This document shows positions 11,781 through 24,300 of a stretch of DNA of 64,000 nucleotides, in pieces (position 1 is the stretch's first letter; every line of letters begins with the position of its first letter). The notes under the pieces were generated by a model. That model was given only the letters and a program-made list of their open reading frames with translations, was not told where the DNA came from and ran no database searches. Source of the stretch: Scyliorhinus canicula (Eukaryota); the NCBI RefSeq assembly GCF_902713615.1, contig NC_052164.1, positions 84,419,830 to 84,483,829 of the forward strand, read 5' to 3'. Made by a program: the position numbers and the translations under genes.

Positions 11781-11939
11781 ATTGTTGGAGATTTTTTTAA
11801 AAATCCCATTTTAAATGCTTTTTTTATCCTTCCTTTGATTTCTCTTTTAACTTTCTCACTCTTCTCCTAATCTTTCAGTCCCTCTCTTTAGTCCTTTTTT
11901 TGTACTTGAGTTGACATGGAATTCCCCAACTCTGATATG

Positions 11940-12510
11940 GGGCGGGATTCTCCTTGGACCGGCGGGGCGGGCCACTACAGCGCCGAGGAGTGGCGTGAAC
12001 CACTCCGGCGTCGGGTCGGCTAGGCTGGCACCGGAGTGCTTGGCGCCGCGCCAGCCGGCGCGGAAGGGCTTGACGCCACGCCAACCGACACTGAAGGGCC
12101 GCCGCCGGCCGGCGCGAGTTGGCACATGCGCGGAAGCGCCATCGTGTGCTGGCGTCATCCCAATGCATGCGCAAGGGGGTTCTTCTCCGCACTGGCCGCT
12201 GTCAACCTCCAAAGGGAAAGAGTGTCCCCACGGCACAGACCCGCCCGCGGGTCGGTGGGCCCCGATCACGGGCCAGGCAACCGTGGGGACAGCACCCGGG
12301 GCCAGATGCCCCCCATGCCCCCCCCCCCCCCCCCCCCCCCGAAGACTCTGCAAGCTGCCGGTGGAGCCAGGCCCCACCGGTAAGAACCTGTTGTGATTTA
12401 CGCCGGTGGGAGCCGCCGGAAATGGGCGGCCACTCGGGCCATAGTAGGCTGGAGAATTGCCGGGGGGGCCGCTGCCAGCAGCCGTGTCGGGGGGTCGGAG
12501 AATTCCGCCC
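11940..12510. mobile_element. Harbinger-like MITE
   Basis: TIRs GGGCGGGATTCTCC / GGAGAATTCCGCCC; TSD ATG; related in reverse orientation to 3498-4128. Confidence 0.88.
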
Positions 12511-12548
12511 ATGGTCTTCCATCTTAGATCTGTGCATCTTAATCCATA

Positions 12549-13196
12549 GGGCTAGATTCTCCCGAAATGGGGCTATCTCCCCATGCCGGTGTCATAACGC
12601 CAGCATTGCACTCCCGAGTTTCCTCAAAAAAAGATAAACTGATTCAGTGCCCTGCAGGGGGCGAGCAGGGACCCGGAGTGATTCACCCAGATTTATCTGT
12701 GGATATGGGCCCCAGTACCTCCGGTCTGGAGTCCGTGCATGCACATGCCGGTGGCCTTCAGTGGCCGCGCCAAGCGCCATGGTGGTCTCGGACCGCGGAG
12801 GCAGCTCCAAACTGTAGGCCCCCGATTGGCCGCACGCTCTTGCATTGGGCCCCGATTTGACCCCAGGCCGCCCATAAGGCCCTCTACCGGTGCCTGATCC
12901 CACTATCCTGCACTAGGGTGGCGCGGACTAAGTCCGCAGCCGCCACACGCGGTTCCTGAAAGGCAATAGGTGGTTAGAACCACGTCATTGGGAACCTGGC
13001 CAGCTGGGAGTGGAGAATGGCTGTGCGTGCCTCTGGAAATGGCCCCCCCAGCTGAGCGGAGTAATTTGCGGAAAGGCCAATTCTCGGGTTCCGGAGAATC
13101 ACCGGAGCGGCGCCGGGCCCGATTTCGGCTCAAAAGTTGATTCTCCGCTCCTGTGCCAAACGCGATTTTGGCACGGGGCTGCAGAAAATCCAGCCC
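12549..13196. mobile_element. Harbinger-like MITE
   Basis: TIRs GGGCTAGATTCTCC / AGAAAATCCAGCCC; TSD ATA. Confidence 0.85.
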
Positions 13197-13649
13197 ATAA
13201 TCTTTCAATCCGAGACAGAGAGTGAGATTTTAACTGACTCAAATCCCTTCTACTTGCAGAGAGTGCAAATTGGGCCTCTTGTCGCTTGCTCTCTTCCTTG
13301 AGGTGCCAGATGTCATGTTTCCAATATTGAGCATTATCAACTCTCACTTTCAGCAACATGCTCTCCAAACAAAATCAATCTTAACAGTAGTATATTTTGC
13401 CATTTCTCAATAATTTTCTTCATTCTCGTTTTCTGCTGGCACGAGTTTGAGTCTCACGAATTTTCGCCAATTGTTCTATTTCCACCAATTGGTTTCCCAG
13501 TGGGCCTCCCAGCCACAGAGACTGGGGTAGAGGACCATATCAGAGTGCATTCATTCAATGATGACTCAGGTGCAGAAAGAGAAATAAAGAGAAGGAAAGG
13601 AAGATTGAATGAAGAGTGAGAAAGGGAAAAGCAAAATAAAGGAAAGAAT

Positions 13650-13907
13650 AATAATTATAATTTTTCTCAGTGTCACAAATAGGCTTACATTAACTCTGCA
13701 ATGAAGTTACTGTGAAAATCCCCTAGTCGCTATACTCTGGCGCCTGTTGGGGTACATTGAGAGAGAATTCAGAATATCCAATTCATCTAACAAGCTCGAC
13801 TTTCGGGACTTGTGGGAGGAACCTGGAGAACCCAAAGGAAACCCACGCAGACACAGTAGAACGTGCAGACTCCGCATGCACAGTGTCCCAAGCCAGGATT
13901 GGACCTG
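13650..13907 (-). mobile_element. SINE with HE1-type core and family-B-like tail
   Basis: Reverse complement match to 6501-6787. Confidence 0.75.
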
Positions 13908-14477
13908 AAGATAAGGACCAGACAGGCAAATAAGGACACTCGAGTGATATTCTATCCTTGCCGATATCTGCAACGAGAAGTGATCATTCCTCAGATAATT
14001 AATTCAGTTGGAGGTTGCTATTCCCAAGTGAACGCGCTGGGCCTTAAGGTTTTGAACATATTGCTCACTATAACGTTGGATGCTTCCTCAGAAACTCTCC
14101 TTGTCTGCCACATCCCTTCAAATGTTACCTTTTTCATCCTACCATTGATCTGTTTCCTGCATCTTTGCATCTGAACCTAAGATAATAAAACAATCTCGGA
14201 AAATTTGATGGGAATAGTTCACTCAGATCTATCCTGCAGATCCCACATTGAAACAAAATCAAAGAAGTGTGCCAGGTAAACTGATCTAAAATAAAATGAG
14301 GCTTCCAGATTAATTTTGAATGATTTAACAATCTTCTGCAATTCAATTCTTCAAACATTTGACTCTTGTAAAGGATTCTGATGTGTGTACCAGGATTTTG
14401 CTTCGATCGGAGGTTTCAAAACTTGCCTGAAATTGGACTGTGGTTGGGGCTCCTTCAGTGTTTTGAATGATAATATA

Positions 14478-15070
14478 GATTCCATAGAATTTACAGTGCA
14501 GAATGCCATTCGGCCCATCGAGATGCACCGTCCTTTGGAAAGAAAACCCTATTTATCCCCACACTTTCCACTCTATGCCTGTAACCCATTTATAAAAACC
14601 ACAAAGAGCAGAGGTCCCAGAACAGATCCCTGCAGGACACTACTGGTCACCGACATCCAGGCAGAATACTTTCCATCCACTATCACTCTCTGTCTTCTTT
14701 CGGCCAGACAGCCAAATTTCCCTATATCCTATACCCCCTGACTTTCTGAATGAGCCGACCATGAGGAACCTTATCAAATGCCTTACTGAAATCCATATAC
14801 ACCACATCCACTGCCCGACCTTCATCAATGTGTCTCGTCACATCCTCGAAGAATTCCATGAAACTTGTGAGCCATGACCTGCCCCTCACAAAACCATGCT
14901 GAGTATCTTTAATAAAACAATGTTTTTTTAAATAATCATAAATCCTATCTCTCAGAATCCTTTCCAGTATTTTGCTCACCACAGACGTAAGGCTGACTGG
15001 TCTGTAATTCCCAGGAATTTCCCTATTCTCTTTCTTGAACAGAGGAACAACATTTGCCTCCTTCCAATCT
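14478..15070 (-). mobile_element. CR1 RT internal fragment joined to an HE1 SINE 3' end
   Basis: 14588-15070 encodes KILERILRDRIY..DFSKAFDKVPHGRL; 14478-14587 is a SINE tail. Confidence 0.8.
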
Positions 15071-15440
15071 TCCTATCTACTCTATCACTGTCCCTCAAAC
15101 TTTTGTACACCTTGGAGAGGTCCCCCCCCACCCCGTTTTCTCTGCTCTAAGGTACGCAATCCCAGTCTAAACCGCCTCCCTTCACAACGGAAATGTTCCA
15201 GCCCTGGCAACATCCTGGTGAAACCCCTCTGCACTCTCAGTCGTGCAATCACATCCTTCTTATATTGTAGAGAACCGAACTGCACACAGTACTCGAGCTG
15301 TGGCCGAACGAGCATTTTATACAGCTCCACCATAACCTTCCAGCTCTTTTTCAATGCCTCGGATAATAAAGGCAAGTATCCCACATGCCTTTTTAACCAC
15401 ATCATGTATCTAACTTCTTTACACATCAAAATCTATGGAG
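15071..15440 (-). mobile_element. CR1 LINE fragment (different subfamily)
   Basis: ELYKMLVRPQLEYCVQF..RVQRGFTRMLPGL. Confidence 0.8.
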
Positions 15441-17044
15441 ACTGATTTAACCCAACACTGTCGAGCTCCATTTGAACATACCAATTACAAAAGTTGTCAC
15501 TGAACCATTTGTGCCTGCCTAAATTACGTCAACCTCTCAAATAATTGACTTCCCACATTCCGAACCTGATCCAGGGTGTCAGCATTCCCCATGCCAAGCA
15601 GTGACAATATGGAGGCCTTGATATGCAGGTGCCTTGTCAATGATTCAAGGCACTATTGTTTTCCCTGTCCTCCCGGAGTTGTTCATCTCCACATTCCCAC
15701 ACAGCACGTTGTCTGTTCTCAGCTCTGTTAGATTTTTTTGCCTTTACTCTGTCTGGTTATTTGAGACCCAAATCACAATCCCCTTTAACTCAACTGCTTG
15801 CAACCAGAGTGCACTACAAACAGATTAAAAGTATAATTCAGTATAGCAGTAAAATTATGGAATTGTAGTGTTTGAGCTGGCTCCCATTATTTTGCAAGAA
15901 AAGGCGATGTTGGCCTTTCCCAGGATTCATGTCAGCTTCATTGAAATCTAACCTGCATGTAAAAGGAAGGACCCCACCTGTACTGGTGGGACTAATCTCT
16001 GCCTTGTCATGAGAGCAAGTTATAATCTTGGATAGCAGGATCTTGACAGCTTTCTGATGGTTAAATAACCAGAGTAATTTTAAACGCTCCCTGTACCTCT
16101 GCCTCCTCATCAGTTTCCGATTTTCATGTGGAGTTAAAATTGTCACCATGGAGTCAGAATAGCCACAACATGAGTGGAATATTTGTTAGTTGGAATGGGA
16201 ATTTGAGATTTATTTACATACTTCATTCAGCGTTAGGCAATTGCGGGAAACTATGATCTAGTCTCTTTGAAAACAAAGAATATTAACATATCCTGTAATG
16301 TGATGTAAATAAAGTGCTTCTTGTCGGTAAACATAAAAATAAGAAGGAAAAAAAGGGAAGATTTAGTATTGCAAGCGTGATGATCTTTTTGTGTGTGTTT
16401 ATACTGTCATTTTAGTATCGTCGTGTGCGATTTTGAATTGTAAAGTTTGCAATTGGGCTCTGATCCAAATCCATAAGGGAACAGTTTGAGGCCCCTGAAC
16501 AAGACAGACTCAAGCCTGTTGGGCCAGACAATGAATTACATGTCACCCCTGCTGACCTTCTTCATAACGTGCTCAGAAGCTGTTCTTGACAAACTTGCCC
16601 AGATTGGATTTCAGTGTTTGGAGAGTGGGGCCCCCCCCACGGTAAGCTCTCAACAGATTCCAAAGTTAAGAGCAGAGTTACCCTCCCGGGCAGAATTCTT
16701 GTGTGATCGAGGCAGTATTAAGGACTGACTACAGGCCAACGTAAAGAAATCTCTGTGATGAATGGCCTCTTGATGGAGGCAAAATTGAACAGATTTATTA
16801 AATATACATTTACCAATTACCTTCTTTGCTCAGTGCCTATTGTTTTAAGCAGACCACTCCTGGCATATTAAATTCATATACTTGCGAGACATTTTAACTA
16901 TTCCATAATTAATCTAGTCTATTCTTGGGAGATGGACTGGGCAGAAGTTTTCGTGCAAACGCCATAACCTCTGGTTACTGTGAGCACTTTTGTTGAAACT
17001 AAGGTAGGTTACATTAACAAAAGGCCAAAGGAAATAAAGGCCAT

Positions 17045-17288
17045 GGGCAGGGTTCTCTGTCCCACAAAAGCCGTTTTCTAGCGTGGCGCGCCCCCATCGA
17101 CGGTGGGATTCTCCGTCCCGGCAGTCGGCCAATGGGGTTTCCCATTATGGGCACCCCCCCCCCCCCCTCCCATGCCCCCCCCCCCCCCCCCCCCCAACGT
17201 CTCCCCCCCCCCCACGCCGTCGGGAAATCTGCGGGCATGAGTGCGCTGCCGGCGAAACGGAGGGTCCTGCTGACGGAGAATCCAGCCC
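17045..17288. mobile_element. short Harbinger-like MITE
   Basis: TIRs GGGCAGGGTTCTCT / GGAGAATCCAGCCC; TSD CAT; long poly-C tracts. Confidence 0.82.
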
Positions 17289-17939
17289 CATAACTTTGAG
17301 CAATGAAATGCAGCTACCGAGGCCATGAAAACATGGAGTAACAATCATAATTGCTCAGTGCTGTGGCAGAGGTAGTTCATTACTGTGACTATATTCGTCT
17401 ATTATCTTCCTGTTCCTTTTGTACACAGTGGTCTTTCAAAATAATTCGCGCAAAGAAGAGGAGGCAGATGATAACTCTGGCAGTGTCCTGGTCTCCTTTT
17501 CATCTCCATCAACAGCAAAGTACAGATAGACAGATTAAGGGACATTGAAACGTATCCCCATCCTGCCAGATTTTTAATACAGCAATGAAGAATGCAGCAA
17601 AAGAAATGGGTCACATCCCAATGGATATTTTGAGGAAATCATTGAACAAAGGAACGGAAGAAAGATGAATGTGGTACCACTGCTTAAAAAGGCACGGAGA
17701 ATAACCAAGGGAATTGTGGACTCTGTGATAACATCAGTAGCTGATAAACTAATAGAAAGCAATCTGACAGAGAAAATAGTAAAGAAACAGCAAACATGGT
17801 ACAGGAAGTTAAATCCTACAGACCTGTACTGTCAACAGGAAAAAAAGTCTTCAAGTGTTGGATTGCAGATTTTACTCTGTGGTAGTTCTTGTCTGATAAC
17901 TCACCCAGGCTTCTTCCATACCCACTTAGGTCAAGAAGG

Positions 17940-18165
17940 GCAGGGGATGCATGGGATCGCGACCATCTGCAAGTTCCCTACCAAGCCACTCACCACCCTG
18001 ACTTGGAATTTCGCCTTTCCTTCACTGTCCTGGAACGCCCTTCTGAAGAGAACTGTGGGCATTCCTACAACACTGGGATTGCAGTGGTTCAAGAAGGAGG
18101 CTCACCTTCTCAGGGGAAGTTAGTGATGGGTAATAAATAGCCAGCAATACCAGCACCCCATGTAC
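17940..18165 (+). mobile_element. LINE (L2/CR1-group) 3'-end remnant
   Basis: CTGCAAGTTCCC..CCTGACTTGGAA..GCAGTGGTTCAAGAAGG..AATAAAT; related copy at about 48185-48360. Confidence 0.55.
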
Positions 18166-18270
18166 AAATAACTTAAATCCCGTGAATGATTTTTTTAAAA
18201 AAGAAGAGGTATATGCATTAAATTGGATGTGGAATTCAATATTTTTGTTATATATGTGGGTTAATATCAT

Positions 18271-18456
18271 TGTACTGCTGCATGGTCCCTTTAAGAGTGA
18301 ATCATGTGATAGTCCATGACAGTGTCAGCTATTTTGTGGGCTCAGAGTCAGTTTAGACTAAGCTTTTGTACAGGTAACAACCATCTAATAAACCTTTATT
18401 GCATTCAAACCATGTTCTTCAGCATTTCCTTTTTTATATCCTGCAAGTACAATACA
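18271..18456 (+). mobile_element. possible short solo LTR
   Basis: TGTACTG...CAATACA ends and internal AATAAA; no TSD found. Confidence 0.4.
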
Positions 18457-18636
18457 CAACAATAGTTCATACACCGAGGGTCCGAAACTCCAGTAGAGTA
18501 GCTGTTCTCGAGTAGTGATGGCTAGCAAGTCTCATGTTCACCTGAGCAGATAGGGCCAGACTTTGTCCTACACAACGTGGATATTAGCATACGCAGGAAG
18601 GGTGAATTATACATATTTGCCCAATGAGTCCCAGTC

Positions 18637-18905
18637 GGCTTACATTAACACTGCAATGAAGTTACTGTGAAAATCCTCTAGTCGCCACATTTCGGCGCCT
18701 GTTCGTGTACACAGAGGGAGAATTCAGATAGTCCAATTCACCTAACAGCACGTCTTTCGGGACTTGTGAGGGGAAACCGGAGCACCCGGAGGAAACCCAC
18801 GCAGATGCGGGGAAATGTGCAGACTCCATACAGACAGTGACCCAGCGGGAATTGAACCTGGGACCCTGGCACTGAGAAGCAACAGTGCTACCATCTGTGC
18901 TACTG
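18637..18905 (-). mobile_element. SINE with HE1-type head and family-B-like tail
   Basis: Reverse complement match to 6501-6787. Confidence 0.8.
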
Positions 18906-19177
18906 TGTAGTCAAAATAAGAAGAGCGATCAGAGCAGTCTCAATGCATTGCGAGGGAAATACACATACAAGAGACTGTATGTCATGTTTATCATGGTTAG
19001 TCTGTCAAGGTCATTAATCTCCTTGCTGTGCTGCAAAGCAATCATTGCCACAATCATCCCTCCCACCTCAGCATGCAGACAACATTTTTCACCACGTTCC
19101 TGCAGTCTAATCTGAACAGCCCATTCCTCCTGATGTGTACGTCTCCTGTTTTTTAATCTGTCCTCATAATTGTCATG

Positions 19178-20467
19178 GCAACACACAGTGGTTCGCACTG
19201 CTGCCTCACAGCGCCAGGGAATTGGGTTTGATTCTGTCCTTGGATGACTGTCTGTGTGGAATTTGCACATTCTCCCCTTGTCAGTGTGGGTTTCCTCCGG
19301 ATGCTCCGGTTTCCTCCCACAGTCCAACCAAAGATGCGCGGGTTAGGTGGATTGGTCATGCCAAAATTGCTGCTCAATATCCAAAAGATGGGCAGGTTAG
19401 GTGGGGTTACAGAGATAGTGGGCCTAGGCAGGGTGCTCTTTCAGAGGGTTGGTGCATGTTGCTCGTTCTGGGTGAGTGTGCTTAACACTCAATTTGGCTC
19501 TGTTTCTTTACTTAGCTCTGGAGTCGCCAGGTATCGTTAAGATACCGCCACAAGTTTCAAGGTGAAGTTCAAAGCAATAAACCATACACCAATTAGTAAG
19601 TTCAAACAACTGAGTTTATTATAATACAATTATAATAACTACCCATGCACACACTAAAAGGATTAAACTATTCCTACCGCTAAATAAACTAATACTTATC
19701 TCAAAGGAACTGCTGGATCAGGGAACAAGGCCTCTTACTCTGCTCTGGTCTGCAGACTTCAGGTTGGTATAAGTTAAAAGGGGTCAAGAGTGTCTATCTC
19801 TGGTAGCGATCGTTGTGAGACACTTACTTGCTGGCGGCTGCTGTCCCAAAACCTCTCTCTCTCTCCTTCAGGGTCTTCTTGGCAAAAGCTGGTCGAGGTG
19901 CTGGTCCACGGAGGAGTGCTGGTCAAGGAGAGAGGAGGGCTAGACAAGAAGACTGAACCATGTGTGGGACCTGTCTTTTATAGGTCCCAGGGATCCGCAC
20001 CCCTTTGGGCGGACTCCCTTACCTGCTCAGAATCGAATGGGTCTCTTCCCAATCGATATGTTTGAATCCCCCCCCAATACTGAGACTGTTCCTTAGCTAT
20101 TGGGCGGGCTTTCAGGCTCTTTGTTTTCGAACCCTGCTGGTGCCTGGGTGTCTGGTATCCTTTACAATGTTGCAGTTACTTCCCCATTTGTGTCCATTGT
20201 CTCTGGAATTGTTCCATTAACATGCTAACTATCTCGGAGATTGCCTCATTAGTATGCAGAATGTTCGTTTCGGTGCTGTCTGCTTTCTTAGCAGGTAGAA
20301 TCCACACTTGCTTGGTGCAGCCTGCTGGTGCTGCAAACATTGTCCATTTTATCCTATATGCTTTGCGTTCCTCCGTTTTGTTTTTAGGGAATGGCCAACT
20401 TCGGTGGCTACATGCAGACTCGATGGGCTGAATGACCTCCTTCTGCACTGTAGAGATTCTATGGATT
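19178..20467 (+). mobile_element. HE1-type SINE split by a solo LTR
   Basis: SINE reads ..GGTTGGTGCA | TGCAGACTCGATGGG.. across the insertion. Confidence 0.85.
19457..20412 (-). mobile_element. solo LTR, 956 bp (ERV-like)
   Basis: Ends TGTTGC...GCTACA; 4-bp TSD TGCA; AATAAA on minus strand; related copy at 30791-31650. Confidence 0.88.
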
Positions 20468-20637
20468 TCTCTTTCACGCTGCCTGTTTCCTCAAGTTCTG
20501 CGAATGATCTCGAGCCCTCTGGCTTCATTCCACTCCCCTTTTGCCAGATATTCAGGGCATTCACTTGGCCTAACTTCCAACTGTTCAGGAGATTTTCATC
20601 TCCCACCATACTCTCTAGCCCACCCAAGTAAATGAAG

Positions 20638-20860
20638 GGGTGGGATTCTCCGACTCCCCGCCAGGTCAGAGAATTGCCTGGGGGTCGCGTGAATCCCGCC
20701 CCCGCCGGCTGCCGAACTCTTTGGCACCGGAGATTTGGCGGGGGCGGGGGTCGCGCTGCGCCGTTGGGAAGCCGCTAGCAGCGCCCCCCCCCCCCCCCCC
20801 AGCAATTCTCCAGCTCGCGATGGGCCGAGTGGCCGCCCCTTTTCGGCCGGAAAAACGATT
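20638..20860. mobile_element. truncated Harbinger-like MITE
   Basis: Left TIR GGGTGGGATTCTCC and subterminal region as in 3498; right TIR absent. Confidence 0.7.
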
Positions 20861-21109
20861 TTCCATAAGCAAGTTCCCTGGCCTCACCATTTCGAGTGCG
20901 GGTAGCAATGGGATGAATGGATAGTTCGGAGGTTCACCCCATTTCATTTCTGACAGTGCAATAGTAGTGTTGGAATGTTCAATCTATTGCTTTTTATATT
21001 CTACTGATCGTTTGCTACTTATATATGGCAATGAAATGTTGCATCTGTCAGGAGCAAGGGGTTTCATTCTGTAAGGGTTTTGTTGATTAATAAAATCGAT
21101 TCATTCAAG

Positions 21110-21852
21110 CAACTCAGCAAAATCCACCCATAAATCATTAAACCACCATATTTTGGGAGGAGCGGAGGAAGTGAGAGACTCTGCAGTCCATCGCCACAGC
21201 TCCTGCCACGGGCAGGACAGGTGGATAAGGTGGCAAAGAATGTATATGAAATTATTTCCTTTGTTGGACAAGGTACAGACTATAAAAGCAGGGATGTAAT
21301 GATGGAACTGTATAAAACGCTGGTTAGGCCACAGCTGGAAAAGTGTGTACAATTCTGGTCACTACGTTATGGGAAGGACATAATTGGAGAGATTTACAAC
21401 AATGTTGCCAGGTTTTCAACATTGCAGCTATTAGGAGAGATTTGATATGCCAGGGTTGTTCTCCTTAGAATCAAGGAGGATGGGCGATGACCTGATTGAG
21501 ATGTACAAGCTAATTTAAGAGTCTTGGTAGAGTATACAGGGATGCCCTGTTTCCCGTAGTGGAGAGATCAATTACCAGGGGGTACAGATTTAATTGGTAG
21601 ACGGAGCAGTGGGGTCATGTGGAAAAGCGTCTTCACCCAGTGGGTGGTGGGTGTCTGGAATTCACTGCCTAAATTGGTGGTTGAGGCAGAAACCCTCAAC
21701 TCATTCTAAAGGTACCTGGATCTGCACCTATTGTGCTGTAACACTGAAGAGTGGTGGGATTAGAATAAGCAGCTAGTTGTTTTTTCTTTACAGTTGGCGC
21801 GGGCATGATGGGCTCAATGGCCACTTTCTGTGCTGTAACGTTTCCATGGTTC
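21110..21852 (+). mobile_element. degraded CR1 LINE 3' fragment
   Basis: YKSRDVMMELYKTLVRPQLEKCVQFWS; CR1-type tail at about 21800-21850. Confidence 0.8.
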
Positions 21853-22813
21853 CATTATTGCATAACGATGTGGAGACGACATGGCAATGTTTACGATGAT
21901 CTAGAAGGCTTTTTAGAATTTAGCTAAAACATGAACCTTGACCTTGATTTGCCAAGAGGAAATGGATAATGTAAATATGATCAAAGCGTACATTTGGATC
22001 ACAGACACAAAGACCTAGGATGCAACACAAACAAGACTCAAGCAAGACTGTGAACTTGCAGAATTATTTTGCCCATGGTGTAGTGCATGTTTCCAAGAAG
22101 CATCGTTGAATGCGGTGTCAATTAACTTGCTTCCATTGGTGTATTTTTCATCTTTGTTCTTTGATGCCTCCTGAACAAGAAATCAATACGCAATCATTGG
22201 TGCATTCATCCAGCCTTCATTCTTAAAAGTTAGTCACTATGTTTCCTTTCTCATTACTCTGTTGTATTTAAAACTCGCAATGATCCAGATTGATTCTTTG
22301 ATTTTAGTTTCGCTCAGCGCTGCCTGAACATAAAGCCCATTATTTATTGTTCACTGCAGAATATTTGGATAAACACAGAAATTAAAAAGTAAAGCAATGA
22401 GTGGGATTTAGCGGGTCCATTATCCGTGGGCGCAAATCCCGTCAGGATCGCAAAATTTCGCAAGGCCAGAAACAGGATTAGCGGCGGCGAGATTTTGGAA
22501 CGCGGTCTTCCCGGGCCTGCCCCGATGACACAATCAGGTTCGCGCCCAGGGAGAGCGTAAACTTGACTTGCATTACTTTGAATGCATTATAATAGACTTA
22601 GCATGGTTAACATTGTATCTTAAGCCCTCACTGAAGCATCCCAGCCCCTCCAGCCGCCACATCACTCTGGAGCAAATTACTGCTGCCTTTTACAAATGGG
22701 AACCAGGCGGCCTGACCTCAGAGAGGGAGAAAGGAGGTGAGCTCCACTGTGACCCCGCCAAAAACTCTGGAGTGGCTGTCCGTGAGTAAATGTTGAGACC
22801 TAACAGCAATGCG

Positions 22814-23149
22814 GGGCGGGATTCTCTGATCCTAAGGCTAAGTGTTGACACCATTGTAAACGCCGTCGCGTTTTACAACAGCATCAACAGGCCCCCGAGA
22901 TCAGCGATCCTGCGCACTACAGGGCGCCAGCACGAAACTGGAGTGACTCACGCAGCTCCAACTGCCAATACCGGTGTCAAACGGGCAACGCAGGTGTGCA
23001 CTGGCGCGAATTATCGCATGCGCGTTACGACCAGCGTGAACTCGCGCATGTGCGTTAGTTACCTTCTCCGTGCCGGTGACGTGAATCGCACCCACCCACC
23101 CTCCCCCCGGCGATTCTCCGACCCAGCCCAGGGTCGGGGAATCCCGCCC
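22814..23149. mobile_element. Harbinger-like MITE
   Basis: TIRs GGGCGGGATTCTC / GGGAATCCCGCCC; flanks GCG/GAG (one mismatch). Confidence 0.8.
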
Positions 23150-23915
23150 GAGATCTCTGAATGGTACAGTTGAGTTAGAAGAGTGCCTATTAGCTTTCCC
23201 TACTTATTTAGCATTGCAACCCCTACTGACTCACCCTCAGATACCTCTATCTGGGAGAAACTTTGCAGGTGGTTGGGACCCACAGGAATGTCCACGGTAA
23301 GAATAATCTTTTTCTTCTGTGTAGCAATATTCATTATTTACATGACACTCCTGGTGATCAAATGCATTAAACAACTATTCACTAAATGCAAGGGCCCAAC
23401 AGTCAGAATGCTTCACACTAAGCCCAATGCGCCACTATTCAATGAAATAAAACTGCAATATTATTGTTGAAATGTTATTGATCAATCAATTATTTGACTG
23501 TATTATTAACATATTTCTAATAGATTAATACATAATCAGTCGGATCAAATTCGATTAATTGGTTAATTGTTGTTTTATAATAAGAATTCTTTAAGCATTA
23601 TAATAATTTTTGCTGTAATGCTTGTTATGCAAAGCTTGCCCACTCTATTGTTGAAGGTTGCAATGACAATATGAATGAGTTCCTCTTCGCGCTTTTACCT
23701 ATCCTATCGCATTTACTCCTTTGTTTTATCTTATTGTGATATATCTCACTTAATCTTTCAATTTATCAAAGGGCAGACTGAAGGTAATAACTTTCAAAAG
23801 AAAACAGAAATGGTTTCTTGCTTATGGCAAAACAGCTTGCATGAATTTCAAGAGTTAGAGTGGAAAAGTACAAATATGAAAATAGAGATAGCAAATAGCT
23901 AGATCAAAGTATTGA
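23150..23915 (+). mobile_element. endogenous retrovirus-like 3' fragment: env TM C-terminus, PPT, start of LTR
   Basis: ORF SIWEKLCRWLGPTG-RIIFFFCVAIFIIYMTLLVI-KCIKQLF (W-rich membrane-proximal region, TM helix, basic/Cys tail); AT-rich spacer; TCAAAGGGCAGAC then TGAAGG at 23779. Confidence 0.5.
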
Positions 23916-24300
23916 GGCACCTGAGCTGCGAGTGAGCGGTAGCCACCAGCTCAGGTGTTGGACTGGCTGCTTCCATCACGGAAGCCAAAGGGTTAGGGGA
24001 GGTACTGATGTTATGCGGCTGCGACGCAAACCTGCCTGTCTCTCCCCTTCACTCCCTCTCACATCCCTCACAGGTCACTGAACGATATTGGTACGGAGCC
24101 ATTGGAGCTGGACATAATTATCATTGCGCTGGAGGAGCACAGACTCCAGTAGCAACAAACGTCGGCACCCAAAGAAGTCCCTGTGGCTGGAGATCAGGGG
24201 ACGCAGGGCACCAGACTCAGGGGCTGGAGGCCACAACAGTTGTACAGTGGGCCCGAAGGCACAGAGCATACCGATGGTAAACAGGACCTAAGTATCCTCA

